Positions 1 to 11,054 of a stretch of 64,000 nt of DNA are shown piece after piece. The first letter of the stretch is position 1. Each line of letters begins with the position of its first letter. The notes under the pieces are model-generated. The model did no database searches, was not told the DNA's origin, and saw only the letters and a program-made list of their open reading frames with translations. The translations under genes were made by a program, and so were the position numbers. The stretch lies in assembly GCA_963823145.1 (NCBI GenBank), contig CAWGJZ010000002.1:1306462-1370461 (forward strand). Reading direction: 5' to 3'. This stretch comes from an uncultured Acidobacteriota bacterium. GTDB lineage: Bacteria; Acidobacteriota; Terriglobia; Acidiferrales; UBA7541.

Positions 1-1142
1 TCGATATCGGGTTCGCCGCCGAGACCATCCGTTTCTTCGCCGAAGCGATCGATAAGCTGGATGGCAAGGTACTCGCTTCCGAGGCCAAAGTGATCAGCAT
101 GTACGTCAATGAACCCTACGGCGTGGTTGCGGCAATCTCGCCCTGGAACGTACCGCTCGTGCTGGCGGTTTTGAAAGTCGCGCCAGCGCTTGCAGCAGGA
201 AACGCTGTTGTCCTCAAGCCATCAGAGCTGACGCCGTATTCCATTCTTCGCGCTGCGGAGCTGGCGCATCAGGCGGGCGTGCCGGCGGGGCTCCTCGCGG
301 TTCTTCCGGGCCTCGGTCCGGAGACGGGAAGCGCGCTGGTGAAGCATCCTCTTGTGAATTACGTATCGTTTACCGGTTCCACAGCAACAGGAAAGCAGGT
401 GATGATCGACGCCGCGAACAGCGGGTTGAAGCCCGTCTGCCTGGAACTTGGCGGAAAAAGTCCGCAGCTCGTTTTCCGTGACGCGCCAAGTCTCGATCGT
501 GTGGCGGACATCATCGCTGGAAATATCTGCTTCAACGCAGGGCAGGTGTGCTTCGCGGGGACCCGCCTCGTGGTGGATGAAAAAGTCGGCGACGAACTTA
601 CCGAAAAAATTGCACAGCGGCTGAGGAGTCCGAAGCCGGGTCCCACCTGGGACACGCAAACAACGCTCGCACCGATCATCTCCGAAAAACAAGGAACGCG
701 CATCGAAGGTATCCTGAAAGACGCCAAGAAAACGGGCGCTGAAATCGTCATGGGCGGGGGACGCGAGCAGACCGGCAACGGAGGAGTCTTCTTCCAACCG
801 ACGATCGTGCGCAACACCAAACCGGACAACGCCGCGATCATCAACGAGGTGTTCGGCCCCGTCCTCACCGTGCAAAGCTTTCATGATATCGACGAGGGAG
901 TTGCGCTCGCGGATCATCCAATCTACGGGCTCGCCGGCGCCGTCCACACCAGCGACATCAACAAAGCGCTTCTTGCGGCGAAATCGATTCCTGCGGGAAC
1001 CGTGTGGGTGAATACCTATGCCGAGCTCTCGTTGAACGCGCCCTTCGGCGGATACAAACAGTCGGGCTTCGGACGAGATTACGGCATGACCGGTCTTTCA
1101 AAGTACATGAACACTAAGACGATCAACATTCGGCTGAGCTGA
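1..1142 (+). CDS. NAD(P)-dependent aldehyde dehydrogenase (5' end truncated by window edge)
   Basis: Frame 3 is open from the window edge to TGA 1140-1142. ALDH superfamily motifs are present: LELGGKSP (catalytic Glu region), GQVCFAG (catalytic Cys) and FTGSTATG. The ORF-track start at 90 is only the first in-window start codon. Confidence 0.9.
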   Translation, partial: DIGFAAETIRFFAEAIDKLDGKVLASEAKVISMYVNEPYGVVAAISPWNVPLVLAVLKVAPALAAGNAVVLKPSELTPYSILRAAELAHQAGVPAGLLAVLPGLGPETGSALVKHPLVNYVSFTGSTATGKQVMIDAANSGLKPVCLELGGKSPQLVFRDAPSLDRVADIIAGNICFNAGQVCFAGTRLVVDEKVGDELTEKIAQRLRSPKPGPTWDTQTTLAPIISEKQGTRIEGILKDAKKTGAEIVMGGGREQTGNGGVFFQPTIVRNTKPDNAAIINEVFGPVLTVQSFHDIDEGVALADHPIYGLAGAVHTSDINKALLAAKSIPAGTVWVNTYAELSLNAPFGGYKQSGFGRDYGMTGLSKYMNTKTINIRLS

Positions 1143-1164
1143 CGGTTGCATTCGCAGCGCGTCT

Positions 1165-2571
1165 CTACTTTGGAGCTCTGAGGTACTCGTCAACGGCTGC
1201 GGCCGCGCTGCGTCCTTCTGCGATCGCCCACACCACCAGCGATTGCCCGCGGCGCATGTCACCCGCGGCAAAAATCCGGGGCACCGAACTCATGTAATTT
1301 CCCTTGGTCGCGATGTTGCTGCGAGCATCGAGTTCCACGCCGAATTGATCGATCATCCCGGGCTTCACGGGCCCCGTGAATCCAAGCGCGAGCAGAACGA
1401 GATCGGCGTCGATGGTAAATTCGCTGTCGGGCACGACTTCAAAGTTTGGCGGAGGCCCCACGCGGACGGCGTGCAACTGCTTCACGTTGCCGCCTTCGTC
1501 GCCGGTAAATTTCGTGGTGCTCGCGGCCCAATCGCGGACGCCGCCTTCCTCGTGTGCGCTTTCGGTGCGCAGCTGCAGCGGCCACAGCGGCCAGGGCGTG
1601 CTGGCATGACGATCCTGCGGAGGCATCGGCATAATCTCGAATTGCAGCACAGACTTCGCCTGATGCCGGTGGCACGTGCCCAGGCAATCCGCCCCCGTAT
1701 CGCCGCCGCCGATAATCACCACGCGCTTGCCTGTGGCGAGAATCTGATTCGAAACGTCGTCCCCTGCGATGCGCTTGTTCTGCTGCGGCAGAAATTCCAT
1801 CGCGAAGTGGATACCCTTCAGGTTGCGTCCGGGCACTTTCAGATCGCGCGGACTTTCCGCGCCACCCGCAAGCAGGATCGCGTCGAACTGTTTCCGCAGA
1901 TCTTTCACCTTGATGTTGCCGCCCACGTGAGCGCTCGTTTGAAAAACAACGCCCTCCGCTGACATTTGCGCCAGCCGCCGGTCGAGCACCGTCTTTTCCA
2001 TCTTGAAGTCGGGTATGCCGTAGCGCAGCAGGCCGCCGATACGGTCGGCTTTTTCGAACACGGTCACCGTGTGCCCCGCGCGATTCAGTTGTTGCGCGGC
2101 CGCCAATCCAGCCGGCCCCGAGCCGACGACAGCAACGCGCTTGCCCGTGCGTTTCTCCGGCGGTTCGGGCGTGATCCAGCCTTCATTCCACGCGTGCTCG
2201 ACGATCGTCTTTTCGATCAACTTGATCGCGACCGGCGGCTCGTTGATGCCGAGCACGCACGCCGCTTCGCACGGCGCTGGGCAGATCCGCCCCGTAAATT
2301 CTGGAAAATTGTTGGTGGAGTGCAGCACCCGGATCGCTTCCTTCCACTCGTCGTGGTAGGCCAGATCATTCCAATCCGGAATGATGTTGTTCACAGGACA
2401 GCCGGTGTGGCAGAAGGGAATTCCACAGTCCATGCAGCGCGCCGCCTGTGTGCGGACTTTGTCCTCGCCGAAGGGCTGGTACACCTCGAAATAATCTTTC
2501 ACGCGCTCGTCAACAGGACGGCGCGGAGCCGTTTCTCGCGCATACTCCTTGAACCCGGTGACTTTACCCAC
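1165..2571 (-). CDS. gltD: glutamate synthase small (NADPH) subunit
   Basis: 468 aa. N-terminal Fe-S Cys clusters (CMDCGIPFC...[14 protein letters not shown]) and a [10 protein letters not shown] dinucleotide fold. The start overlaps the stop of the upstream large-subunit gene by 8 nt. Confidence 0.93.
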   Translation of the reverse strand: MGKVTGFKEYARETAPRRPVDERVKDYFEVYQPFGEDKVRTQAARCMDCGIPFCHTGCPVNNIIPDWNDLAYHDEWKEAIRVLHSTNNFPEFTGRICPAPCEAACVLGINEPPVAIKLIEKTIVEHAWNEGWITPEPPEKRTGKRVAVVGSGPAGLAAAQQLNRAGHTVTVFEKADRIGGLLRYGIPDFKMEKTVLDRRLAQMSAEGVVFQTSAHVGGNIKVKDLRKQFDAILLAGGAESPRDLKVPGRNLKGIHFAMEFLPQQNKRIAGDDVSNQILATGKRVVIIGGGDTGADCLGTCHRHQAKSVLQFEIMPMPPQDRHASTPWPLWPLQLRTESAHEEGGVRDWAASTTKFTGDEGGNVKQLHAVRVGPPPNFEVVPDSEFTIDADLVLLALGFTGPVKPGMIDQFGVELDARSNIATKGNYMSSVPRIFAAGDMRRGQSLVVWAIAEGRSAAAAVDEYLRAPK

Positions 2572-5500
2572 GAATCACCTGGCCCGTGGAATGTTTCCCG
2601 GACTTCGCGGCCAGCACGCCCGCCGGCACTCTCGGAATTCCGAGAACGCGCTTGTACTCGTGTGGAAATACCTTGACGAATTTCGGCAAAATGGATTCCC
2701 AGTTTTCGATGATCCACTTCGCCTGCGGACTTGCCGTCAGCTCGCTATGCCGCGCGATCAGTTCGTACAGTTTCTCGATGTCCTTCTGATTTGTAACCGG
2801 CTCGAGGTCCACCTCTGTTCGATTGCAGCGCAGCGACGCAAAATCGCCAAACTGATCCAGCACGTACGCAATCCCGCCCGTCATGCCCGCCGCGAAATTT
2901 CGCCCCGTGCCTCCGAGGACCACAACCAAGCCATTTGTCATGTACTCGCAGCCGTGATCGCCGACTCCTTCCACCACCGCCGTCGCACCGGAATTGCGCA
3001 CCGCGAAGCGTTCGCCGGCCATGCCGCCGAAAAACGCCTCGCCGCCCGTTGCGCCATAGAGGCACACGTTGCCGATCAGAATATTTTCCTCGGGGACGAA
3101 TTCCGATTTTCGCGGATGGTAAATAATCAGCTTGCCGCCTGAAAGTCCTTTGCCGACGTAATCGTTAGCGTCCCCTTCGAGCGTAAGCGTTACGCCCTTC
3201 GCGAGGAACGCGCCAAAGCTCTGCCCCGCGCACCCGGTGAATTGCACTTGTATCGTATCGTCCGGCAAGCCAGGAGAGCCGTATCGCCGCGCGATTTCGC
3301 CGCTGAGCATCGTGCCCACCGTACGATGAATGTTGCGTATCGGCATGCTCAACGAAACTGGCGTGCGATTCTCGAGCGACTCTTGCGCCATTTCGATCAG
3401 CTTGTAATCGAGCGCCTTCTCTAGGCCGTGATCCTGCGCGATCAAGTTGCGCCGCCCAACGTGACTCGGCATCGGCGGGTCGTACAAAACGGCCGAAAGG
3501 TCGATGCCCTTCGCCTTCCAGTGGGTGATGTCCGCGCGCTGCTGCAGGCAATCGACGCGCCCCACCATCTCATTCACCGTGCGGAATCCAAGCTCAGCCA
3601 TCACCTTGCGCAAATCTTCGGCGACGAAGAAAAAGAAATTCACCACGTGCTCAGGCTGGCCCGCAAACTTCTTGCGAAGCTCGGGATCCTGCGTCGCCAC
3701 GCCCACCGGGCAAGTGTTCAGATGGCACTTGCGCATCATGATGCAGCCCATGGAAATCAGCGGCGCGGTGGAAAATCCAAACTCCTCGGCGCCCAGCAGC
3801 GCGGCGATTGCCACATCGCGCCCGGTTTGCAGTTTCCCGTCCACCTGCAGTCGCACGCGGCTGCGCAAATCATTCAGCACCAGCACCTGTTGCGTTTCGG
3901 AAAGCCCCAGTTCCCACGGAACTCCGGCATGCCGGATCGAACTGATCGGCGAAGCGCCCGTGCCTCCGTCGTATCCGCTAATTAGGATCACGTCAGCGTG
4001 CGCTTTCGCCACGCCTGCTGCCACCGTTCCCACCCCCGCTTCGGCCACCAGCTTCACGGAAATTCGCGCGCGGGGATTCGCGTTCTTGAGGTCGTGTATC
4101 AGTTGCGCCAAATCCTCGATCGAATAAATATCGTGATGTGGAGGCGGCGAAACCAGTCCCACCCCGGGAATCGAGTGCCGCACGCGCGCGATCACTTCAT
4201 CCACTTTATGCCCGGGAAGCTGCCCGCCTTCGCCCGGCTTTGCGCCCTGCGAAATTTTGATCTGCAAATCATCCGCATTCACCAGGTAATTCGTGGTGAC
4301 GCCAAACCGCGCCGAAGCCACTTGCTTGATCGCGCTGCGCCTTAAATCTCCATTCTCATCCGGACGGAACCGCACTTCATCCTCGCCGCCTTCGCCGGTA
4401 TTCGATTTCCCGCCGATGCGGTTCATCGCAATCGCCAGTGTTTCGTGCGCTTCCTTGCTGATTGAGCCGAATGACATCGCGCCCGTCGCGAACCGCTTCA
4501 CGATTTCCGAAGCCGGCTCCACGTCTTCCAGCGGAATCGGGTCTGCGGCTGGCTTGAAATCGAACATGCCGCGCAGCATCAGCAGTTCGCGATTCTGCTC
4601 GTCGATCGTTCTCGCAAACTCCTCGAAGGTTTCCGTCTTGCCTTCCCGCACCGCGTGCTGCAGCTTGCTCACTGTGACCGGGTTCAGCAGATGACGTTCG
4701 CCGCGCACGCGAAACTGATATTCGCCGCCGACGCGAAGCTCCGTTTCCGACTCGCTCGGGTGCTGCATCGCAAACTCGTGCTTCATCAGCGATTCGCGCG
4801 CCAGCACGTCGATCCCCACACCTTCGATCCGCGACGGCGTGCCGGTGAAGTAGCGTTCCACCAGCGACCGATTCAGTCCGATGGCCTCGAAGATCTGCGC
4901 GCCCTGATAGCTTTGCAGCGTCGAAATTCCCATCTTCGAAAACGTTTTGAGCAGCCCTTTATCCACGGCCTTCATGTAGCTTTTGAAAACTTTGTCCCAC
5001 GTGCTTTCGGAAGAAAAATGCTCGTTCTTGTAAAGGTCCTCCAGCGTCTCGATCGCCAAGTAGGGATTCACCGCGCTCGCGCCATAGCCGAGCAGCAGCG
5101 CAAAATGCATCACCTCGCGCGGCTCGCCTGATTCGACGATCAGCGCCACCTGGTTCCGCGTCTTTTCGCGAATCAAATGGTTGTGTACCGCCGAAAGCGC
5201 CAGCAAGCTCGGAATCGGCGCGTAGCTGCGATCGACGCCGCGGTCGGAAAGAATCAGTAAGGTGTAACCGGACTTGATCGCCAGAGAAGCACGCTCGCAA
5301 AGTTCTTCCACCGCTTTCTCAAGTTCCTGTTCGCCTCCATCGGCGCGAAACAGCGCCGAAAGCGTGGTTGCCAGAAAATCTCCCCATTTCACCCCGCGCA
5401 GCTTTTCCAATCGCCAATTTGAAATGATCGGATGGCGCAACTTCAGCGTGTGCGAATTTTTCGGCGTCTCGTCGAGGATGTTTCCTTCGCATCCGATGTA

Positions 5501-7192
5501 CGTGTTCAGCGACATCACCAGGTCTTCGCGAATCGGATCGATCGCCGGATTCGTCACCTGCGCGAAGGTCTGCTTGAAATAGCTGAAGAGCAGTTGCGGC
5601 TTGTCCGATAGGCAAGCAAGCGGCGTATCGATTCCCATCGATCCCACCGGTTCCTCCGCCTTAGCCGCCGCAGGCTGTAAAATCGTTTTCAGGTCTTCAT
5701 CCGTGTAGCCGAAAGCGCGTTGGCGCATCAAGATTGTTTCGTGGTCCGTGGGTTGGACATTCGTCGGACTCGGCAGGTGATCCAGAGTAATCTGGTTATC
5801 CTTCACCCACTGCGCGTAGGGTTTGCGGGCCGCCAGCTGTTTTTTTACCTCGTCATCCGAGATCAGTCGCTTTTGTTCCGTATCCACCAGCAACATGCGG
5901 CCGGGCGCAAGCCGCCCCTTCATGCGGATTTCTTCCGGCTTGATCATCGGCAACACGCCGGCTTCGGACGCCATCACTACCAGCCCGTCCGCCGTCACCA
6001 AATAACGCCCCGGACGCAATCCATTCCGATCGAGTTTCGCGCCGATCACGCGCCCGTCGGTAAATGCAACCGCTGCGGGCCCGTCCCACGGCTCCATCAG
6101 CGACGCGTGATATTCGTAAAATGCCTTCACGTCCTCCGGCATTGCGGTGTCGTTGTCCCACGCCTCGGGAATCAGCATGGACATCACATGCGGCAGGCTG
6201 CGCCCGGCGAGCGTCAGCAACTCCACGGCATTATCCAGCATCGCCGAATCGCTGCCGCCCGGCGTGATGATCGGCAGCAGTTTTTCCATGTCTTTGCCGA
6301 ACAGAGGAGAACCCAGCACGGATTGCCGCGCGTACATCCAGTTGGCGTTCCCGCGCAGCGTGTTGATTTCTCCGTTGTGGCAGACGTAGCGGTAGGGATG
6401 CGCCAGTTGCCAGCTCGGAAATGTATTCGTCGAAAAGCGCTGATGAACTAATGCCAGCGCGCTCGTCACGTCCGGGTCCGCCAGCTCTTTATAGAAGTGC
6501 ATGATCTGCGGAGCCAGTAAAAGTCCCTTGTAAACGATGGTCCGCGAGGAAAGCGAAGGGATGTAGAAAAACCCTTTCTCTTTCAGATCGGATTCGGCCG
6601 CCAGAAACTCCGCCCGCTTCCGCATCACGTAGAGCTTCCGCTCCAGCGCATCCTGATCCATTCCCCGTCCGCGCCGGACAAAAATCTGTTCGATGTAGGG
6701 CTGCGAATTTCGCGCCACGCGCCCGATCATGTCTCCGTTGATCGGTGTGTCGCGCCATCCGAGCACCGTCAGGCCCTGTTCGCGCGCGCATTTTTCCACC
6801 ATGCCTTCGCACAGGATTCTTTCCTGCGGGTCCACCGGCAGAAACACCATTCCAATTCCGTATTCGCCGGGCGCCGGCAGCGTGAACCCAAGCTGCGAGC
6901 ATTCGCGCTCGAAAAAGGCGTGCGGAATCTGGATCAGGATGCCCGCGCCGTCTCCCGTTTCCGGATCGCAGCCGCATGCGCCGCGATGCGTCAGATTGAT
7001 CAGTATCTGAATGCCTTTCAGGACGATATCGTGCGATTTTTGTCCCTCGATATTGGCAATGAAGCCCACGCCGCAGGCGTCGTGCTCATTCTTGGGGCAG
7101 TAGAGACCCTGAGCCTTGGGCAGGCTCAGAAATGGATATGCTGGCTTCATTTCCCCGCGATTTTTCGCCTTCGGATTCTTGCTCATCGCCAT
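2564..7192 (-). CDS. gltB: glutamate synthase large subunit
   Basis: Ntn-amidotransferase Cys ([14 protein letters not shown]) after a short propeptide, a 3Fe-4S/FMN region ([14 protein letters not shown]), and a C-terminal GltB beta-helix domain. The ORF-track N-terminus (7193-7456) runs through a REP-like repeat and has no GltB similarity. Start set to ATG at 7192 (MAMSKNPK). Confidence 0.93.
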   Translation of the reverse strand: MAMSKNPKAKNRGEMKPAYPFLSLPKAQGLYCPKNEHDACGVGFIANIEGQKSHDIVLKGIQILINLTHRGACGCDPETGDGAGILIQIPHAFFERECSQLGFTLPAPGEYGIGMVFLPVDPQERILCEGMVEKCAREQGLTVLGWRDTPINGDMIGRVARNSQPYIEQIFVRRGRGMDQDALERKLYVMRKRAEFLAAESDLKEKGFFYIPSLSSRTIVYKGLLLAPQIMHFYKELADPDVTSALALVHQRFSTNTFPSWQLAHPYRYVCHNGEINTLRGNANWMYARQSVLGSPLFGKDMEKLLPIITPGGSDSAMLDNAVELLTLAGRSLPHVMSMLIPEAWDNDTAMPEDVKAFYEYHASLMEPWDGPAAVAFTDGRVIGAKLDRNGLRPGRYLVTADGLVVMASEAGVLPMIKPEEIRMKGRLAPGRMLLVDTEQKRLISDDEVKKQLAARKPYAQWVKDNQITLDHLPSPTNVQPTDHETILMRQRAFGYTDEDLKTILQPAAAKAEEPVGSMGIDTPLACLSDKPQLLFSYFKQTFAQVTNPAIDPIREDLVMSLNTYIGCEGNILDETPKNSHTLKLRHPIISNWRLEKLRGVKWGDFLATTLSALFRADGGEQELEKAVEELCERASLAIKSGYTLLILSDRGVDRSYAPIPSLLALSAVHNHLIREKTRNQVALIVESGEPREVMHFALLLGYGASAVNPYLAIETLEDLYKNEHFSSESTWDKVFKSYMKAVDKGLLKTFSKMGISTLQSYQGAQIFEAIGLNRSLVERYFTGTPSRIEGVGIDVLARESLMKHEFAMQHPSESETELRVGGEYQFRVRGERHLLNPVTVSKLQHAVREGKTETFEEFARTIDEQNRELLMLRGMFDFKPAADPIPLEDVEPASEIVKRFATGAMSFGSISKEAHETLAIAMNRIGGKSNTGEGGEDEVRFRPDENGDLRRSAIKQVASARFGVTTNYLVNADDLQIKISQGAKPGEGGQLPGHKVDEVIARVRHSIPGVGLVSPPPHHDIYSIEDLAQLIHDLKNANPRARISVKLVAEAGVGTVAAGVAKAHADVILISGYDGGTGASPISSIRHAGVPWELGLSETQQVLVLNDLRSRVRLQVDGKLQTGRDVAIAALLGAEEFGFSTAPLISMGCIMMRKCHLNTCPVGVATQDPELRKKFAGQPEHVVNFFFFVAEDLRKVMAELGFRTVNEMVGRVDCLQQRADITHWKAKGIDLSAVLYDPPMPSHVGRRNLIAQDHGLEKALDYKLIEMAQESLENRTPVSLSMPIRNIHRTVGTMLSGEIARRYGSPGLPDDTIQVQFTGCAGQSFGAFLAKGVTLTLEGDANDYVGKGLSGGKLIIYHPRKSEFVPEENILIGNVCLYGATGGEAFFGGMAGERFAVRNSGATAVVEGVGDHGCEYMTNGLVVVLGGTGRNFAAGMTGGIAYVLDQFGDFASLRCNRTEVDLEPVTNQKDIEKLYELIARHSELTASPQAKWIIENWESILPKFVKVFPHEYKRVLGIPRVPAGVLAAKSGKHSTGQVIRG

Positions 7193-7271
7193 GGTAATCA
7201 GGACAACCCCGATTGGCCGCAAATCTACTCGAACAATAATACACCGGATGGTCGCAATTTGTTCCTGGAGC

Positions 7272-7360
7272 GTGGCGCAGGCACTCTTGCCTGCGCACGT
7301 AAGTCGAGGCAAGCAGTAAACCGCAGCAAGAGTTGCGTGCCACCAGCAAACTGAGTCACT
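7272..7360 (+). repeat. REP-like intergenic element, family A, copy 1 (two hairpins, about 90 bp)
   Basis: GTGGCGCAGGCACTCTTGCCTGCGCACGTAAGTCGAGGCAA...CCAGCAAACTGAGTCACT. The first arm is a perfect 9-bp inverted repeat, GCGCAGGCA/TGCCTGCGC, with a 4-nt loop. Near-identical copies lie at 27352-27442 and (truncated) 36026-36075. Confidence 0.8.
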
Positions 7361-7497
7361 GCCTCGGAGCGGAGACCGGACCTGCAGCCAGTGAAGCGCC
7401 TTATCCATCAACCTCCCAGTCCTTCCGCCGGATAAGCGATTGACACCCTCGAGCAATCAGAGGATTATTCGGGCGCTTTGCCCCGCGCGTATAGACC

Positions 7498-8796
7498 ATG
7501 AACGACAAAAGTTTCTACGGTTGGAAGCTGCTGTTCATCTTCTGGCTGATCATCGTGCTGAACTTCGCATTTCCTACCTTCGCGACTAGCGTCGTCAACA
7601 CCTATATGGCCAAAGCGATGCACTTGAATCGCAAGGAGCTGGGTCTGGCGTTTTCGGTTTTCAGCCTCATGGCCGGATTGCCGGCTCCGCTCGTCGCCAA
7701 GTCGATCAACAAATTCGGCCTTCGTTTCACTCTGTTTGTTGGAACTCTTTTGACGTCCTGCGGCGCCTTCCTCATGGCCTCATTTGTGAAAACCACATCG
7801 GAGGCGATCGTGGTTTTCGGGATTGTAGTCGGCGCGGGAGTGGCTCTCGCTGGCACGCTTGGGCCGCAGGTCGGCGCGGCTCGTTGGTTTCATCGCAAGC
7901 GCGCTCGAGCCATGTCGCTTCTGCTTACGGCATCCGGCATAGGCGGTTTCATCGCCGTTCCGACACTGAACGCCATCATCGCGCGCTTCGGAACTTGGCG
8001 AGCCGCGTGGTGGTGCATGGCGTTCATGTCGCTGGCAGCGGCCGTTGTCGCCGCACTGTTCGTCAAGGACAGTCCCGCGCAAATGGGACAGTTCCCGGAT
8101 GACGATGCGGCGCCGCGCACCCCTGAATCTTCAGCGCTGCCTTCTCGATCCAGAGGCGGAGTTTACAAGACCGACGAGGATTGGACTCTCAGAGAGGTTC
8201 TTGCTTCGCGAAGCTTGTGGTTGCTCGTCCTCACCTATCTCGGATTTTTCATGGGCTTTTTCATCTACATCGCGCATGGCGTCTCGCATCTCGAAGGCCT
8301 CGGATACGCGCCCGGCGAAGCGGCCAGATCGATCTCGATCGTTCTGATTTCCTCGATGATCGGGCAATTCGCCGTGGCCGCGCTCGGCGACCACATCGAG
8401 CCGCGCTACATTTCGGCCGTGGCTGTCTGCCTGTACGGCGCCGGAACGCTGCTCGCGATTCGCGCTTCAGGGCCGGGCGGGATTTATCTCTATGCGATTT
8501 TGATGGGAACCGGTTTCGCCGCGGCCTTCACCTGCCTGATGACAATTCTGAGCAACTATTATGGATTGAAAGCCTACCCTGCTGTGCTGGGAGTCACCAT
8601 GCCGATGGGCACGATCTTGGGATCGGTCGGTCCGGTGACCGCGGGATATTTTTTCGATAAGTACGGCACCTATTCGGGAGTCTTCGAAACGGTCGCCGGC
8701 TTGTGTTTTGCAAGCGCAATCCTTTACCTCTTGGCGGTTCCTCCAGTGAAGCACTCCGCGCGCACAGCCTCTCAGCCCGCTTCGCAGCGTATCTAA
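7498..8796 (+). CDS. MFS transporter
   Basis: 432 aa with many hydrophobic helices in two halves separated by a charged central loop (PDDDAAPRTPESS...), a typical MFS architecture. Divergent from gltB. Confidence 0.85.
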   Translation: MNDKSFYGWKLLFIFWLIIVLNFAFPTFATSVVNTYMAKAMHLNRKELGLAFSVFSLMAGLPAPLVAKSINKFGLRFTLFVGTLLTSCGAFLMASFVKTTSEAIVVFGIVVGAGVALAGTLGPQVGAARWFHRKRARAMSLLLTASGIGGFIAVPTLNAIIARFGTWRAAWWCMAFMSLAAAVVAALFVKDSPAQMGQFPDDDAAPRTPESSALPSRSRGGVYKTDEDWTLREVLASRSLWLLVLTYLGFFMGFFIYIAHGVSHLEGLGYAPGEAARSISIVLISSMIGQFAVAALGDHIEPRYISAVAVCLYGAGTLLAIRASGPGGIYLYAILMGTGFAAAFTCLMTILSNYYGLKAYPAVLGVTMPMGTILGSVGPVTAGYFFDKYGTYSGVFETVAGLCFASAILYLLAVPPVKHSARTASQPASQRI

Positions 8797-8909
8797 CGTA
8801 GACTACTTGTCCGCTCCGCGACACCCAAGCGTCCGATTCTCCGCAAGTTACCGCTTTAATTGCAAATTCTGATGGCAACCAATCCGAATTTGAATTTGTC
8901 TCTCTCGCC

Positions 8910-9638
8910 TTGGACTTCCTAAAGTGGAGTATGAATCTGCATTCCACCTCCGACGCGCACCGCGATATCGCGTTGCTCCACCAGATTGGCGAGCGCATTG
9001 CCGCCGCCGATCCGCTCACCACGGTTCTCGATCTGGTGGTCGAGTTCGTTTCGGCCGTGGTGAAATGCGACTCCTGTTTCGTCTATGTCCTGGAAGGAGA
9101 AGATCTTATTCTGCGGGCTTCGCAGAATCCTCACTCAGACGTGTTGGATCGCCTGAAGTTGCGCATGGGGCAGGGAATCACAGGTTGGGTGGCTGAAAAT
9201 AAGCGGCCCGTCGCCATAGCCAGCAATGCTTTGCTCGATCCCCGCTTTCAATTGTTCGAGGAATTGCCGGAAGACCGCTTCGAGGCTTTCTTGTCTGTGC
9301 CCATTTTGTGCCGCGACAAATTAGTCGGCGTCATCAACATCCAGCATCGCGAGCCGCACCAGCACAGCCAGCGCGAGATTCATCTGATTTCAACCATCGG
9401 TTTTCTGGTGGGGCCGGAAATCGAACTGGTCCGCGTTGAAACGGAAAGTTCGCGCTCGTTCGAACTAGCCGAAGTACGCCGCACCGTCGAAAGCGCGCAG
9501 AAAATCATCGCGCGCAAGCTTCGCATCAGCGAGGAAGACGCCTACCCCCTCCTGCAAAGGGAAAGCCGTCAACGCCGCAAGTCCATAAAGGAAATCGCCG
9601 AAGCCATCCTCATCGCCGACGAAATTGCTCACCTCTGA
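8910..9638 (+). CDS. GAF domain plus ANTAR domain RNA-binding regulator
   Basis: N-terminal GAF-like region (CDSCFVYVLEGEDLILRAS...GITGWVAENKRPV...VPILCRDKLVGVINIQH). C-terminal ANTAR-like helix bundle (ESAQKIIARKLRISEEDAYPLLQRESRQRRKSIKEIAEAIL). Start uncertain: TTG 8910 or ATG 8931. Confidence 0.8.
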   Translation: MDFLKWSMNLHSTSDAHRDIALLHQIGERIAAADPLTTVLDLVVEFVSAVVKCDSCFVYVLEGEDLILRASQNPHSDVLDRLKLRMGQGITGWVAENKRPVAIASNALLDPRFQLFEELPEDRFEAFLSVPILCRDKLVGVINIQHREPHQHSQREIHLISTIGFLVGPEIELVRVETESSRSFELAEVRRTVESAQKIIARKLRISEEDAYPLLQRESRQRRKSIKEIAEAILIADEIAHL

Positions 9639-9659
9639 CGGCGCGGCGGGAACTTTCAA

Positions 9660-10196
9660 TCATGGTTTGGTGTGGACGCGAAGCATTTGAATCGGCTTGA
9701 TTGCGACATTCGGCGGGATATTGTCTTGCAGTTCGAGCAAAGGTGTAAGCGTGCCCTCTTGCGCGTTCAGGGGCGTGAACTTCCAATTCATGCCCGTGCT
9801 GTATTGATCCTTTTCGAGGACCACGAAATAGAGCGCGCCAGCCTTGAAGTGGACATTCAGCAACGGGGCATTGCCGTCATCCGCGTGAGTGCCGTCGATC
9901 AGATTTCCGTCCTTATCCGTAACCACATCGAAGTTATTCAAAGTGCCGTTGAGCTTCCCGTCTTGTTCTTTCAGAATTAGCGTTGCGAAGACTTGGCCCT
10001 TGAAAGTTGCTTTCCATGTGCCCACGAACGACTTTAAGTCCGGCGCATCGTCTTTTGCAGGCGCGGCGCTCTGACGAGGCGCGGCTGAAAGGCACAACGC
10101 ACTAAAGCAAGCGACAGTTAGCTGGAATAGGCTGGCAGCCGCCAACATTCCCGCTCTGAATCTTGCGTCTGCACGGCTGCGGCCGATCAGTCTCAT
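9660..10196 (-). CDS. secreted hypothetical protein
   Basis: Signal-peptide-like N-terminus (MRLIGRSRADARFRAGMLAAASLFQLTVACFSALCLSAAP) followed by a beta-rich soluble domain. No family recognised. Start chosen at ATG 10196; ATG 10148 is also possible. Confidence 0.6.
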   Translation of the reverse strand: MRLIGRSRADARFRAGMLAAASLFQLTVACFSALCLSAAPRQSAAPAKDDAPDLKSFVGTWKATFKGQVFATLILKEQDGKLNGTLNNFDVVTDKDGNLIDGTHADDGNAPLLNVHFKAGALYFVVLEKDQYSTGMNWKFTPLNAQEGTLTPLLELQDNIPPNVAIKPIQMLRVHTKP

Positions 10197-10221
10197 GGCG
10201 ACTGCCTCCAAACAACTTCGC

Positions 10222-11052
10222 TTACGATCCCGTTGATGCATAGTGGCGAGTGCCGAAATTCCACAGAGAAACCGCCAGCGTGAAAAATGCGGCCGCGACC
10301 ACCGGCACCATCGGCGCGTATTCCGGCGTCACCGCGCGGCCCAGCAGTCGCACGCTAGGGTAGAACGAAGCAAGCCCAAAGGGAATCACCCAGCACAGGA
10401 CAAACTGTACTCCGGCGCTGTAAATCGAAAGCGGGTAGCGCCCGAAGGCGATCACGTTCCAAACTGGCGGGCTGACTCCAATGCGATCCTCGAACCAAAA
10501 AGACACGCTGGTAAGAATCAAAAAAACCGACAAGTAAATCAAGCCCGCGCAGAGCCCGAAGAAAAGCAGAATGGCGATTTTTTCCGGCGTCCACTCGACC
10601 CGAAGCCGCCGCGCCGCCCACGCAACACAGAAAATTCCCGTAGCTACTTCTTGAACTGCCTCAATGCGGAATTGCTCGAAGAGCACCTGAAATAACGACG
10701 AAACCGGCCGCAGCAGCACGCGGTCGAATTTCCCTTCGATAATGTAATTGTTGCCGAAATTGTAGAGGTTCAGGCTGATTACGTTGAACACGCCGTAAGG
10801 AATCAGCGAAAAACCATAAAGAAACAGCACTTCGGGAAAGGTCCAGCCGGCCAGCCGCGGGATTCTCTGGAACAAAATTAGGACGAATGCCAGTTGAAAA
10901 ATCGTCGCGGCGAAACTGGTGCCCAGGCTGATCAGAAAGTCGGCGCGATAGCCGATCTGTACTTTCAGGTACTGTGTAAAGTATCCCCAGAAAAGCATGG
11001 CATGCCGGCTCAGTGAGGACGCAAGATTTGAGAGGCGAATTTGTTCCGGCAT
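10222..11052 (-). CDS. ABC-2 type transporter permease
   Basis: The real start is ATG 11052 (MPEQIRLSNL...), 3 nt after the stop of the upstream permease. About 6 hydrophobic helices. The 441-aa ORF-track version is an N-terminal over-extension overlapping the upstream gene. Confidence 0.8.
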   Translation of the reverse strand: MPEQIRLSNLASSLSRHAMLFWGYFTQYLKVQIGYRADFLISLGTSFAATIFQLAFVLILFQRIPRLAGWTFPEVLFLYGFSLIPYGVFNVISLNLYNFGNNYIIEGKFDRVLLRPVSSLFQVLFEQFRIEAVQEVATGIFCVAWAARRLRVEWTPEKIAILLFFGLCAGLIYLSVFLILTSVSFWFEDRIGVSPPVWNVIAFGRYPLSIYSAGVQFVLCWVIPFGLASFYPSVRLLGRAVTPEYAPMVPVVAAAFFTLAVSLWNFGTRHYASTGS

Positions 11053-11054
11053 TG

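Noticed and set aside
7193-7456. N-terminal 88 codons of the 1630-aa gltB ORF
   Set aside because: This segment has no GltB similarity and runs through the family A repeat (it translates the hairpin). A proper ATG (7192) lies shortly before the amidotransferase Cys.
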